Positions 1 to 7,545 are shown, counted from the first letter of the stretch. The stretch: DNA of 32,000 nucleotides from Mycolicibacterium smegmatis (GCF_001457595.1 NZ_LN831039.1:6600001-6632000), one strand, 5' to 3'. Notes: generated from the sequence alone by a model not told the origin. Made by a program: numbers and translations.

Positions 1-290
1 GCGTCTGCGAGAGCAGCCGAGACCGAGGCCGCCCACGCCGGGGCGGCGGCTGCCGGTAGTGCAGCCACCTCGAACGCCGACCACAGATCAGGCGGCAGCG
101 TCTCATCGAACCCTTCCGGGCACACTCCGGAGTACCCGACGCGCGATACGACCATCTTGGCGACCGTGGTCCCCGCGACGTGGTCGAGCACACCCTGGCG
201 GTCTTCACCGTCCCACAGCAACGCCGCCGTGGCCGCAGAAATGGTCTGTTCGGCTGCGCGCTCTAAAATCGCCCAGTCAACTGCCATCAT
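1..290 (-). CDS. Hypothetical protein, N-terminal part only (gene continues beyond window start); last visible gene of the EspK-like operon
   Basis: Absent from the ORF track because it has no stop codon in the window. The minus-strand ATG at 290..288 overlaps the TGA (289..287) of the upstream gene as ATGA. The translation MMAVDWAILERAAEQTISAATAALLWDGEDRQGVLDHVAGTT... stays open to position 1, with G/C-rich third codon positions. Confidence 0.5.
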   Translation of the reverse strand, partial: MMAVDWAILERAAEQTISAATAALLWDGEDRQGVLDHVAGTTVAKMVVSRVGYSGVCPEGFDETLPPDLWSAFEVAALPAAAAPAWAASVSAALAD

Positions 291-2800
291 GATCCCCCGC
301 CCCATGGGGTGCTCACGATCTGCATCGCCAGATAAGCGATGTCGGCATACTTGATGTCCGGGCCGTTGTCCGGGTTCCACAACAGCAACAGTTCAGTCAG
401 ACGAGCCAAATCGTGGCAGGCCAACACATACGGCGAGGCCACCTCGTTGCCGGCTAACCACCCCGGCCGCATGGCAGAGCCGTTCGCCGCCGCGGTCACC
501 GATTCCGCCTCCAGTGCTCTCCACCGATCGTGTGACACCGGCAACCCGTTGCCCAATAGCTGCAGAATCTCCCGAATCACCGGCGACACCGCAAGATCTC
601 GAACCGATCCCGCACGCCCCAACGCCATTTCAGCCGCCGACAGCGTTGTGCGCCACGCTTCGGATCGGTCCGGCAGTGGGCCCTCACCGAATCCGGTCAG
701 CCGAGCGTATTCGGCACGGTTCAAGGTCTCCAACCGGTGGCTGTGTGTGTCGTCGAGCGGTGAGGGCGGCGCACCATCAGAGATCGGCGACAGAGACCGC
801 GAGCAGTCTTCATAGTGCTCGATCACCGACCGCGCCGGCATCGATGAGCCCCCGAGATCCGTCGAGACCGCCAACGCCCACAACTCGATATCCGAACGGT
901 GCTCAGAGGCCAACTTCGCATACGCCAGCATCGTCTCGGCCGGATTCGCCCAACTGAACCACCGCGCCCGAAACTCTGGTGGGAGCCCGCCATCGGCGAA
1001 CAACATCCGCGCCGACCGCGGCACAAACACCCCCGCTGGGAGGTAACCGGCACCCTCGCTGTTGACGATCAACGTCTCCACACCCGAGGACGTGCGGAAC
1101 ACACCCACACACCAATCCATGTACGGATACGCCCTGGAATCGTGCAACAGCTGATACAGCAACTGAGAAGCACTCGCCAGCAACGGGTCTGGCAGCGAGG
1201 AGCGGATCGCTTCGCTCGCAGCTCCCGCCGAAGCGCCCACACCGGAGCCCACCACCCCCGGCGGCAACGGCGCCACCGGGCCGGCAGAAGACCCACCACC
1301 ACCAGTCGGTGCGGTCGGCGCCGGCGCAGGACCGGCCGACGGTGTCACCGCGGCAGCCGGTGTCGCAGACCGCGCCACATCAGACCCGAACGGCGGCAGC
1401 GGCCCCATCGGGGCCGCCGGCACACCCGCCGAACCCACAGACCCCACCCCAGGACTTGCCGGCGCCGAAGACGGAACCGCCGGAGCCGACGACGCAGCCG
1501 AACCCGCAGCGACCGTCGACGGCGTCGCCCCCGCCGGAGCCGAAGGCACCCCAGAGGGAACAGCACTACCCGGTGAGCCCGTCGGCTGCGGAGAAACCGG
1601 CGGTGCAAATGTCGCCGGTCCGCCACCAGCGCTCAAACCAGCGCTCAAACCACGAGAAAAGTCCGACGGCGCACCAGCCGATGTCGACAACGGCGACTGC
1701 GGAAGGCCGCCGGCCCCCGGTACACCGCCACTGCTGGGCATGCCCGCACTGCCCAAACCGCCCGGCGAGCTCAACCCCTGAGTCGGCAGCCCGCCCGAAC
1801 CCAAACCGCTTGGCGCCGACGGCATCTTCGGAACACCGCCACTACCAAGGCTGCCTGCCGACCCCAGAGACGAAGCAGACGAACCACCGCCACCACTCAC
1901 GGGCAGTGCTGTTGGTGCTGGAGGGCCATCCTCGCTTGACTGCAAGCCATGACCACGTCTGTCACTTGGTGTGGGTGTGGCCCCTTCACCTTGGCTGGTG
2001 GTTTGGGTGGGTAATTCTTGTTGATCTGCCCCGCTAGCTTCGTCGGAATCGGCGGAAAGTCCGCCCCCACGATGAGGTTTAACCCCGTCTTCCTCAGTTT
2101 CTGTTTGCATGTCGAGCGGAGACGCGGGGGGTTCGGTACCAGGGAATCTGCTGGTTGGCATGCCGTTGCTGCGAGGGCCACCGGGTCCGCGGCCGCCCAT
2201 TCCGACACCTTGGTTTGCGAGGTCGCGCAGTTCGGGGTCGACCGGGTCGGCGCCGCTTCCCTGCCCCTGGCCGCCACTTCCAAGTCCGGCCTCAGCAGCC
2301 TTCGCCGAAATTGCAGAAGTCACCTCGGCGGACTTCGCAGTCGCGGCGGCCCGGGCTGCCGCAACGATTTCCATGATCTGCGCGCCGCCGATAGCCGCGG
2401 GGAAGCCCTGCTGGATGGCCTCCATCACCTTTTTGATCGCCTCATGGGCTTCGGCGTCGATCTGGTCCAGGTCCTCGCGCAGCCCATAGACCAGGCGTGC
2501 GCACTCCTCGCACACTCGCGCGAACGTAAAGTAACGATCCGCCTGCGACGTGTAGATGCTGGCATAGTGGTTCACCTTGTGGACGAAGCCGTCGATCATG
2601 TGGCCCGACTGCTCAGATGCAACCTGATTGCCCGCCTCGCGGCAACTGTCAGCATTCGAAAGAAGATCGACACCCTTAGCGTGCTGAGCGTCAGCAGCCG
2701 ACTGGAAGTTCTGTGGATCCGTAAGAGGCCAAACGCCACCAAGAATCGCTGCTGAGAACTGCCGCTGCGGCATCCCTGCCGGCGCACTGACGCTTACCAC
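287..2800 (-). CDS. EspK-like type VII secretion-associated protein (helical N-domain, long Pro/Gly/Ser/Ala-rich linker, globular C-domain)
   Basis: 837-aa ORF. It has an N-terminal helical region of about 170 aa (DPQNFQSAADAQHAKG...YTSQADRYF) and a low-complexity PGSA linker of about 350 aa. The C-terminal domain is about 300 aa (WCVGVFRTSSGVETLIVNSEGAGYLPAGV...). The tripartite layout and C-terminal motifs resemble M. tuberculosis EspK (Rv3879c) as I recall it. Start is GTG 2800 or ATG 2773. Confidence 0.6.
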   Translation of the reverse strand: MVSVSAPAGMPQRQFSAAILGGVWPLTDPQNFQSAADAQHAKGVDLLSNADSCREAGNQVASEQSGHMIDGFVHKVNHYASIYTSQADRYFTFARVCEECARLVYGLREDLDQIDAEAHEAIKKVMEAIQQGFPAAIGGAQIMEIVAAARAAATAKSAEVTSAISAKAAEAGLGSGGQGQGSGADPVDPELRDLANQGVGMGGRGPGGPRSNGMPTSRFPGTEPPASPLDMQTETEEDGVKPHRGGGLSADSDEASGADQQELPTQTTSQGEGATPTPSDRRGHGLQSSEDGPPAPTALPVSGGGGSSASSLGSAGSLGSGGVPKMPSAPSGLGSGGLPTQGLSSPGGLGSAGMPSSGGVPGAGGLPQSPLSTSAGAPSDFSRGLSAGLSAGGGPATFAPPVSPQPTGSPGSAVPSGVPSAPAGATPSTVAAGSAASSAPAVPSSAPASPGVGSVGSAGVPAAPMGPLPPFGSDVARSATPAAAVTPSAGPAPAPTAPTGGGGSSAGPVAPLPPGVVGSGVGASAGAASEAIRSSLPDPLLASASQLLYQLLHDSRAYPYMDWCVGVFRTSSGVETLIVNSEGAGYLPAGVFVPRSARMLFADGGLPPEFRARWFSWANPAETMLAYAKLASEHRSDIELWALAVSTDLGGSSMPARSVIEHYEDCSRSLSPISDGAPPSPLDDTHSHRLETLNRAEYARLTGFGEGPLPDRSEAWRTTLSAAEMALGRAGSVRDLAVSPVIREILQLLGNGLPVSHDRWRALEAESVTAAANGSAMRPGWLAGNEVASPYVLACHDLARLTELLLLWNPDNGPDIKYADIAYLAMQIVSTPWGGGS

Positions 2801-3384
2801 TTGATGCCTAGTGCGTCGCAGATCGAGAGTGGGCCGCCGTATGCCGACAAACTATCGGCCCAGATTGCCTTGTCGTATTCCTCCGGCGGGCCGGGACGTG
2901 CATTCCGGACATACAGAATCCGGTCGTCGATGAAACGTTGCAGAGTGCGCTGAAAGAAGGGATCAACATCGGGGTGCTGATCGAGTATTGGCTGTATGCG
3001 GTTCGCCCAATCTTCTGTATCCGAGCGGAATTTCGGTAGTGCAGCATCCCTAGCCGGTGTGCCAGGATCACCGGTGTTTCGCCAGGTGTTTGATGTCCGA
3101 TCGTCTTCGGCCATCAGCGGAGCGATGGCGGTGCACAGCGCGCGATCCGCCTCGGTGGTGTCCGAGGGTGTGGCGGTGGCTGGCTGATTCGGCTGAGTCG
3201 CTGCCACATCGGATGGTGCGGGTCGTGTCGCCAAGGCGACAATGCCGACAACCAACGCGGCAAGCGCCATCATCAAAGTGATCAGAGACATCCACGAGAA
3301 CCGTCGCTGGTTCGAAGGCTGTAGCTGCCCCGACGGAGCCCACTGCTGTGCGATGACTGGCTGTTGACCGTGCTGGGGGTCCAT
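2794..3384 (-). CDS. Single-pass membrane protein with Cys-bracketed extracytoplasmic domain
   Basis: 196-aa ORF with a Gln/Pro-rich N-tail and one TM helix (WMSLITLMMALAALVVGIVALA). The ectodomain runs from C84 to C189. Its stop overlaps the downstream EspK-like start by 7 nt. The ectodomain is paralogous to both halves of the 30356..31453 product. Confidence 0.7.
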   Translation of the reverse strand: MDPQHGQQPVIAQQWAPSGQLQPSNQRRFSWMSLITLMMALAALVVGIVALATRPAPSDVAATQPNQPATATPSDTTEADRALCTAIAPLMAEDDRTSNTWRNTGDPGTPARDAALPKFRSDTEDWANRIQPILDQHPDVDPFFQRTLQRFIDDRILYVRNARPGPPEEYDKAIWADSLSAYGGPLSICDALGIKW

Positions 3385-3456
3385 TTGCCCAGCTTAAGAC
3401 ACTGCAAGGTTAGGTTCAGGCGCTGTTTCCGTCCTACCGAGGTCGACCGGACCGCC

Positions 3457-3479
3457 TTGCGGTGAGCTGATCACCGCAA
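3457..3479. promoter_or_regulatory. Perfect 9-bp inverted repeat (TTGCGGTGA gctga TCACCGCAA) in a divergent intergenic region
   Basis: Read directly from the sequence. It lies 36 nt upstream of the ATG at 3515, between divergently transcribed genes. It could be an operator or a 5'-UTR hairpin. Confidence 0.3.
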
Positions 3480-3514
3480 CCGGCAGCTAGAATCAGCCGA
3501 GAGGAGCAACCAGA

Positions 3515-3937
3515 ATGGCGGGCAACGAACTACTCGCTCAAGCCACCGTCATCCCCGACTACCACCAGGTGCGTTTCGCCGCACTCGGCGCGAGAAGCGT
3601 TCCTGAACTCGATGACTACCCCGTGGAGTTCATAGCCGACGGATCCAGCATCCACGTGTTCACCTTCGCCGACGACCAAGACGAACACGGCGATCGCACG
3701 GTCGATGTCTATGTCTACCGCGGCACCGACACCGCCGGGCTAGGACGACTCATCTTCGACGCACCTTTGGACTTTTCTCAACCCGAATGCACTTTCGGCA
3801 GTGGACTGTCAGCCGAGGATGACCGTCACCACGTTTCGCTGAGGCGCACGGGCTCCATCCCTATCCGCGTGCTCACACGAGAAACCCAGCCCGGCAACGG
3901 AACCGACATCATCAACGTCCTCATCGACGACAGCTAA
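3515..3937 (+). CDS. Hypothetical 140-aa acidic protein; candidate immunity/nuclease-inhibitor-type protein of the toxin island
   Basis: AGGAG lies 8 nt upstream of the ATG. There is no signal peptide. The last ~10 codons plus the downstream leader are duplicated at 6946 onward. The N-terminal PDYHQV motif and the size are reminiscent of ComJ/Nin-like nuclease inhibitors, but that comparison is from memory and weak. Confidence 0.7.
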   Translation: MAGNELLAQATVIPDYHQVRFAALGARSVPELDDYPVEFIADGSSIHVFTFADDQDEHGDRTVDVYVYRGTDTAGLGRLIFDAPLDFSQPECTFGSGLSAEDDRHHVSLRRTGSIPIRVLTRETQPGNGTDIINVLIDDS

Positions 3938-4226
3938 ATCGCCACAGATCTTCCATATCGCGAAACCGTCTCGTTTTCTAAAGAATCCGGGACGGTCAGA
4001 TCCTGTCTTCAGCTAGAGCCTCTTACCCGGGTTTGTGCGCGGTCGTACGACACGCACGCTATGTGGTCGTACTGGCAGCACTCGATCAACAGAGCCGGAC
4101 CGCATCGAACGGCTTCCTCATTCTCACCACCATGCCGCCTGTGAGCAAACACACAAAGAACGCCCGGCATGCCCACTGACGCATCGCTGAGTTGGTAGCT
4201 GAATGCAGGTCAGAACCGGTTGAAGT
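3909..4226 (+). repeat. Cassette repeat copy A: 3' end of the 140-aa gene plus conserved non-coding leader upstream of the toxin gene
   Basis: By-eye alignment to 6946..7232. The first ~115 nt are about 90% identical (atcaacgtc.tcatcgacgacagcta.atcgccacagatcttc.atatcgcgaaac.gtctcgttt.ctaaagaa...). Homology then becomes patchier but stays clear (ctgtgagcaaac at 4139/7150; gtagct..atgcaggt...accggtt at 4195/7206). Confidence 0.75.
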
Positions 4227-4384
4227 AATTTGCCTGAGCGGAAATCTATCCGGCGCACGCCCCGTCGCCACACCAGTCTTTTACCAGGTGATTGACGTTT
4301 GTCGATAGCGCTGCTTACAGTCCCGTCCAGCAGACAGCGAGATAGCTGACTGGTTTCTAGTGAGATTGCTGAACGGGGTATCGC

Positions 4385-6406
4385 ATGCGGGGGGACGGTA
4401 GCTGGATGCCGGGTGCAGGAAACTTCCTGCACGATGGTCGGCACAGTGTGTGGTTGGGCTGGCCGGCGCGTTGGCTGGCCGCGTTGTGCGCGGTGGCGCT
4501 CACCGTCGGCGGGCTGCACCTGCTGGCGCCCTTGCCGCCGAGCGGGGCCGACGAGGCGGCGCAGGGGTTCGCCGACGCCGCGATCGCCGCGTTCACCGAT
4601 TCGGCGGTGGGCTCGGACCCGACACTGACCGCCCCGGCGCGCCGCGCCGGATTACCTGACGACCCGGTGGCCGGGTTGACCTCCCCGACTCCCGCCGGGC
4701 CGGTGCAAGTGGTACTACCGGGCGGGCTCGGCAACGCCCAGCACACCGCAGGCGGGCAAGTCGTCTACCCGAACGCCGGTGCCGGGTTCGACCTGTTGGC
4801 CGAAAACACGGGGAGCGGTACCCGCACCGTGGCCCGGATCAGCGACCCGGGCGGGCCGCGGATGGTCACCACGTTCGTGCGCACCCCGGCCGACACCGTC
4901 ATGCTGGCCCACACCAACGGCTATCTGACCATCAACAAAGCCACTCCCACCGCCGAGACCATCGGCATGTTCTCCCCGGCCGAAACCCGCGACGCCACCG
5001 GCGCATTGGTGCCCAGCTCCTATGTCGTCAAACAACTCGCCCCGCAGTTGTATGTGCTCGCCGAAGTCATCGACCCCCAACCGCACACCACCTGGCCGGT
5101 CTACGCCGACCCACCCCTGCACCTGACCGGGCCCGGCGGGGTGCCGGTGGGCTTGTTCGATTCGTTCACCAACACCGTCAGCTCGCTCGCCGACACTGCG
5201 ACCTCGGCGGTCACCACCGTCGCCTCGGCCACCGTGTCCGGTGCCAAGGCCGTGGGTGGGTTCGTCAAGGAAAACCCACTGGAATCGGCTCTGCTCGTGG
5301 GTGGTGTCGCGTTGGCGGTCACCGGCGTCGGTGGCCCCGCGGGTGCTGCGATGATCGCCTCGGCCACCGTCAACATCTCCAGCGCCGCCGTCGACATCGC
5401 TGCCGCCGCCATGCCCGACAACCAGACCCTGGGCATCGCCTCCACGGTGCTCGGCGCCGCGTCCATGGTCACCCCGCAAGGCGCCGCCAAGAAGGCCGTC
5501 AAAGAAGGCGCCGAACTCGCCGCCGAACAACTGGGCAAGCACGCCGACGACGTCATCGACGTCGCCAAAACCACCCCCACCCCACCAGCACAACTCGCCG
5601 ACGAGGTAGCAGCCGCAGGCACCCCGAAACCCCCAGTCACACCTGGTGTCTCACCGAAAGCCCCCAACGCGCCCCCGGTCAAGGCTGCAGATTCGTCGCC
5701 GAACGCAATCCCGGGCGGGGAGCAGAGCTGGGCGATGGCACCTGCGCCCAACGACAGGCGATTGAGCACCGACATCACCTCGCGCGTGCCGCTACGAAAA
5801 GGCACTAAGCAGCAAGTCCGCGACACTCATCCGTTCCACGACAGCGACGGCACTCCGCTCGATCCGCACACGTTTGAGCGGATTGAAGGGACGCCGCACT
5901 TCGGGCACAAACCAGAGTTCAAGGATGAGACGTCGCGGAAGATGACCGAGAAGTACGGGTTATCGCGTCGTGAGCGGGTCGAATGGGAAAACGTTCCCGA
6001 CCACTACCAACTCGAGAAGCCGCTCGAAAACAGTGGCCACAAGCACGAAATCCCGTACCGGCCAGGCGATGAAGACAAACTGTATGACAAGTTCGTGGAC
6101 TGGTCGCGCAAAGAGATCCATACCAACCCCCGGCTGGCCAAGGATCCCACGGCGCAGCGTCGAGCTAGCCTGGCCCGTCCGACGGGCCCAGACCAGAAAC
6201 GGCAAGTTCAGCATGTTCGCGCGGAGCAGACCACGAATAGGGTGCGCGATACAGCACGTGATAGCGCCCGCGATGCCAACCAATCCAGAAGCCGAAGCGG
6301 CAGTGACTCAGGATCGAAATCCAGTGGTAAATCGTCGGATAAGAAGTCCGATAAGAAGAAGGACAAGAAGAGCAAGAAGCATCACAAGAAGCCGTCCGGG
6401 AAGTGA
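4385..6406 (+). CDS. Secreted polymorphic-toxin-like protein with C-terminal GH-E-type HNH/EndoVII nuclease motif and Lys-rich tail
   Basis: 673-aa ORF with these parts. An N-terminal hydrophobic signal/TM (res 27-50, ...LLAPLPPSGA/DE). A domain of about 250 aa. A Gly/Ala-rich hydrophobic segment (res ~296-365). A Pro-rich linker (res ~396-445). Then HFGHKPEFKDETSRKMTEKYGLSRRERVEWENVPDHYQLEKPLENSGHKHE (res ~505-555). Finally a basic tail ...KSSDKKSDKKKDKKSKKHHKKPSGK. ATG 4406 is an alternative start. Confidence 0.8.
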   Translation: MRGDGSWMPGAGNFLHDGRHSVWLGWPARWLAALCAVALTVGGLHLLAPLPPSGADEAAQGFADAAIAAFTDSAVGSDPTLTAPARRAGLPDDPVAGLTSPTPAGPVQVVLPGGLGNAQHTAGGQVVYPNAGAGFDLLAENTGSGTRTVARISDPGGPRMVTTFVRTPADTVMLAHTNGYLTINKATPTAETIGMFSPAETRDATGALVPSSYVVKQLAPQLYVLAEVIDPQPHTTWPVYADPPLHLTGPGGVPVGLFDSFTNTVSSLADTATSAVTTVASATVSGAKAVGGFVKENPLESALLVGGVALAVTGVGGPAGAAMIASATVNISSAAVDIAAAAMPDNQTLGIASTVLGAASMVTPQGAAKKAVKEGAELAAEQLGKHADDVIDVAKTTPTPPAQLADEVAAAGTPKPPVTPGVSPKAPNAPPVKAADSSPNAIPGGEQSWAMAPAPNDRRLSTDITSRVPLRKGTKQQVRDTHPFHDSDGTPLDPHTFERIEGTPHFGHKPEFKDETSRKMTEKYGLSRRERVEWENVPDHYQLEKPLENSGHKHEIPYRPGDEDKLYDKFVDWSRKEIHTNPRLAKDPTAQRRASLARPTGPDQKRQVQHVRAEQTTNRVRDTARDSARDANQSRSRSGSDSGSKSSGKSSDKKSDKKKDKKSKKHHKKPSGK

Positions 6407-6482
6407 CAACGACTGCGACAAGGTGAAGTCGGCCCGGGTGGTCGCGCGACCCGTCCGTCGTCACGAGTAGGTGAGATGCTAC

Positions 6483-6941
6483 ATGGGCGAGGCAACGGGC
6501 ATACTCGCGCTGCGAAGGTATTGGAAAGGGTGGAATCCGGTGGCCAAGAGTGCTCTGCATACGTCGGCGGGCCTTGACCTTGTTGATGATTTGCGTCGAG
6601 AAATCGTTGATGGGCTCGACATCAACGAAGCCGACGAGGCCGGACTGACTCCTCTACACCACGCCTGCATTCACTGGAGCTACGAATCCGCCAAGATCCT
6701 CCTGGAAGCCGGAGCTGATGTCGACCCCCGAGACCAATGGGGTAACACACCGTTACTGCGGGTGGTCGGCAGCCGAGACGACAGCTTGGCATGGGTCACA
6801 TTGCTGCTCGAATACGGCGCTAACCCAACGATCGAGAACAACTACGGACACTCCCCGCTTAGCAACGCGAAACGAATGCAGGGAACCGAACGGTTGCTTC
6901 CGGCGCTTGAAGAAGCGCAGAAGCGATTTACCGCGCAATAG
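6483..6941 (+). CDS. Ankyrin-repeat protein, candidate cognate immunity protein
   Basis: Ankyrin consensus TPLHHA...LLEAGADVDPRD.WGNTPL...LLEYGANP. It starts 76 nt after the toxin stop on the same strand. AGGTGA lies ~10 nt upstream of ATG 6483; the ORF track start GTG 6471 is the alternative. Confidence 0.85.
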   Translation: MGEATGILALRRYWKGWNPVAKSALHTSAGLDLVDDLRREIVDGLDINEADEAGLTPLHHACIHWSYESAKILLEAGADVDPRDQWGNTPLLRVVGSRDDSLAWVTLLLEYGANPTIENNYGHSPLSNAKRMQGTERLLPALEEAQKRFTAQ

Positions 6942-6945
6942 GCGT

Positions 6946-7232
6946 AATCAACGTCATCATCGACGACAGCTAGATCGCCACAGATCTTCGATATCGCGAA
7001 ACTGTCTCGTTTCTAAAGAACCGAGGACGATCAGATCCTGTCTCAGCTAGACGCCTCATTCGCGCCGTCACGCTCTTGTGGCAGGTGTTCGATAGTGCGA
7101 TTCGAGCACAGACGGATCGCAGCTGGTCCGCACTCGTTTCTAAATGCGACTGTGAGCAAACGCACTCACAATGGCAACCACATTGGCTGGCGCATCGTTT
7201 GATGAGTAGCTACATGCAGGTAGGGACCGGTT
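6946..7232 (+). repeat. Cassette repeat copy B: remnant ...INVIIDDS* of a 140-aa-type gene plus leader
   Basis: It begins 5 nt after the ankyrin-1 stop and aligns with 3909..4221 (see copy A). Homology to the leader ends at about 7232, where sequence related to the toxin 3' end takes over. Confidence 0.75.
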
Positions 7233-7545
7233 TCATAACAACGAGTACAAGGGTTGGCTGAAACCGCAGGTTGATCAGGGCAATAAGCGGTTGGCCAAGG
7301 ATCCCACCGCGCAGCGGCGGCTCCGACAGGAAGCGGGCCCTAGCCAATCCAGCGCCGACACTCAACGCGACACCGCGCGTGAATCAGCACGCACCGCCGA
7401 CAACAACGAATCGGCCAATAATAGCGATTCCAAGCCGCGTGACAACGCAAATGGTAAGAGCAAGGAAAACAAAAAGAACGACAAGAAAAAAGAGAAGAAG
7501 AAAGACAAGAAGAGCAAGAATCACCACAAGAAACCCGGCAAGTGA
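7210..7545 (+). pseudogene. 3' remnant of a paralogous toxin gene (Lys-rich tail only; secretion and nuclease regions deleted)
   Basis: The frame is open from 7210. From 7288, RLAKDPTAQRR...KKKEKKKDKKSKNHHKKPGK parallels toxin residues 583-673 (RLAKDPTAQRR...KKKDKKSKKHHKKPSGK). There is no in-frame ATG; only TTG 7291 is available. Confidence 0.65.

Noticed and set aside
823-2755. Many 60-245-aa ORFs on both strands inside the EspK-like gene (e.g. 899..1576, 1309..2037, 2018..2755)
   Set aside because: They lie within the low-complexity PGSA-linker DNA, which is open in several frames. Their compositions are extreme (poly-Arg or Pro/Thr), and only the 837-aa frame connects two globular domains.
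4051-4135. Small ORF in the toxin leader (MWSYWQHSINRAGPHRTASSFSPPCRL) and the 61-aa ORF 7076..7261 in leader copy B
   Set aside because: The two leader copies are homologous at the DNA level, but the shared blocks are read in different frames and stops are not conserved. The conservation is therefore non-coding.
4451-4459. W-L-G at toxin residues 23-25 as a possible WXG (T7SS substrate) motif
   Set aside because: It lies at the edge of the N-terminal hydrophobic signal/TM segment, not in a helix-turn-helix of a ~100-aa WXG100 fold. It is most likely coincidental.
4715-5826. 292-aa and 241-aa minus-strand ORFs antisense to the toxin gene
   Set aside because: They are Gly/Arg/Asp-rich or Ala/Ser-rich shadow frames of the Ala/Gly-rich toxin middle region, with no start-site support.
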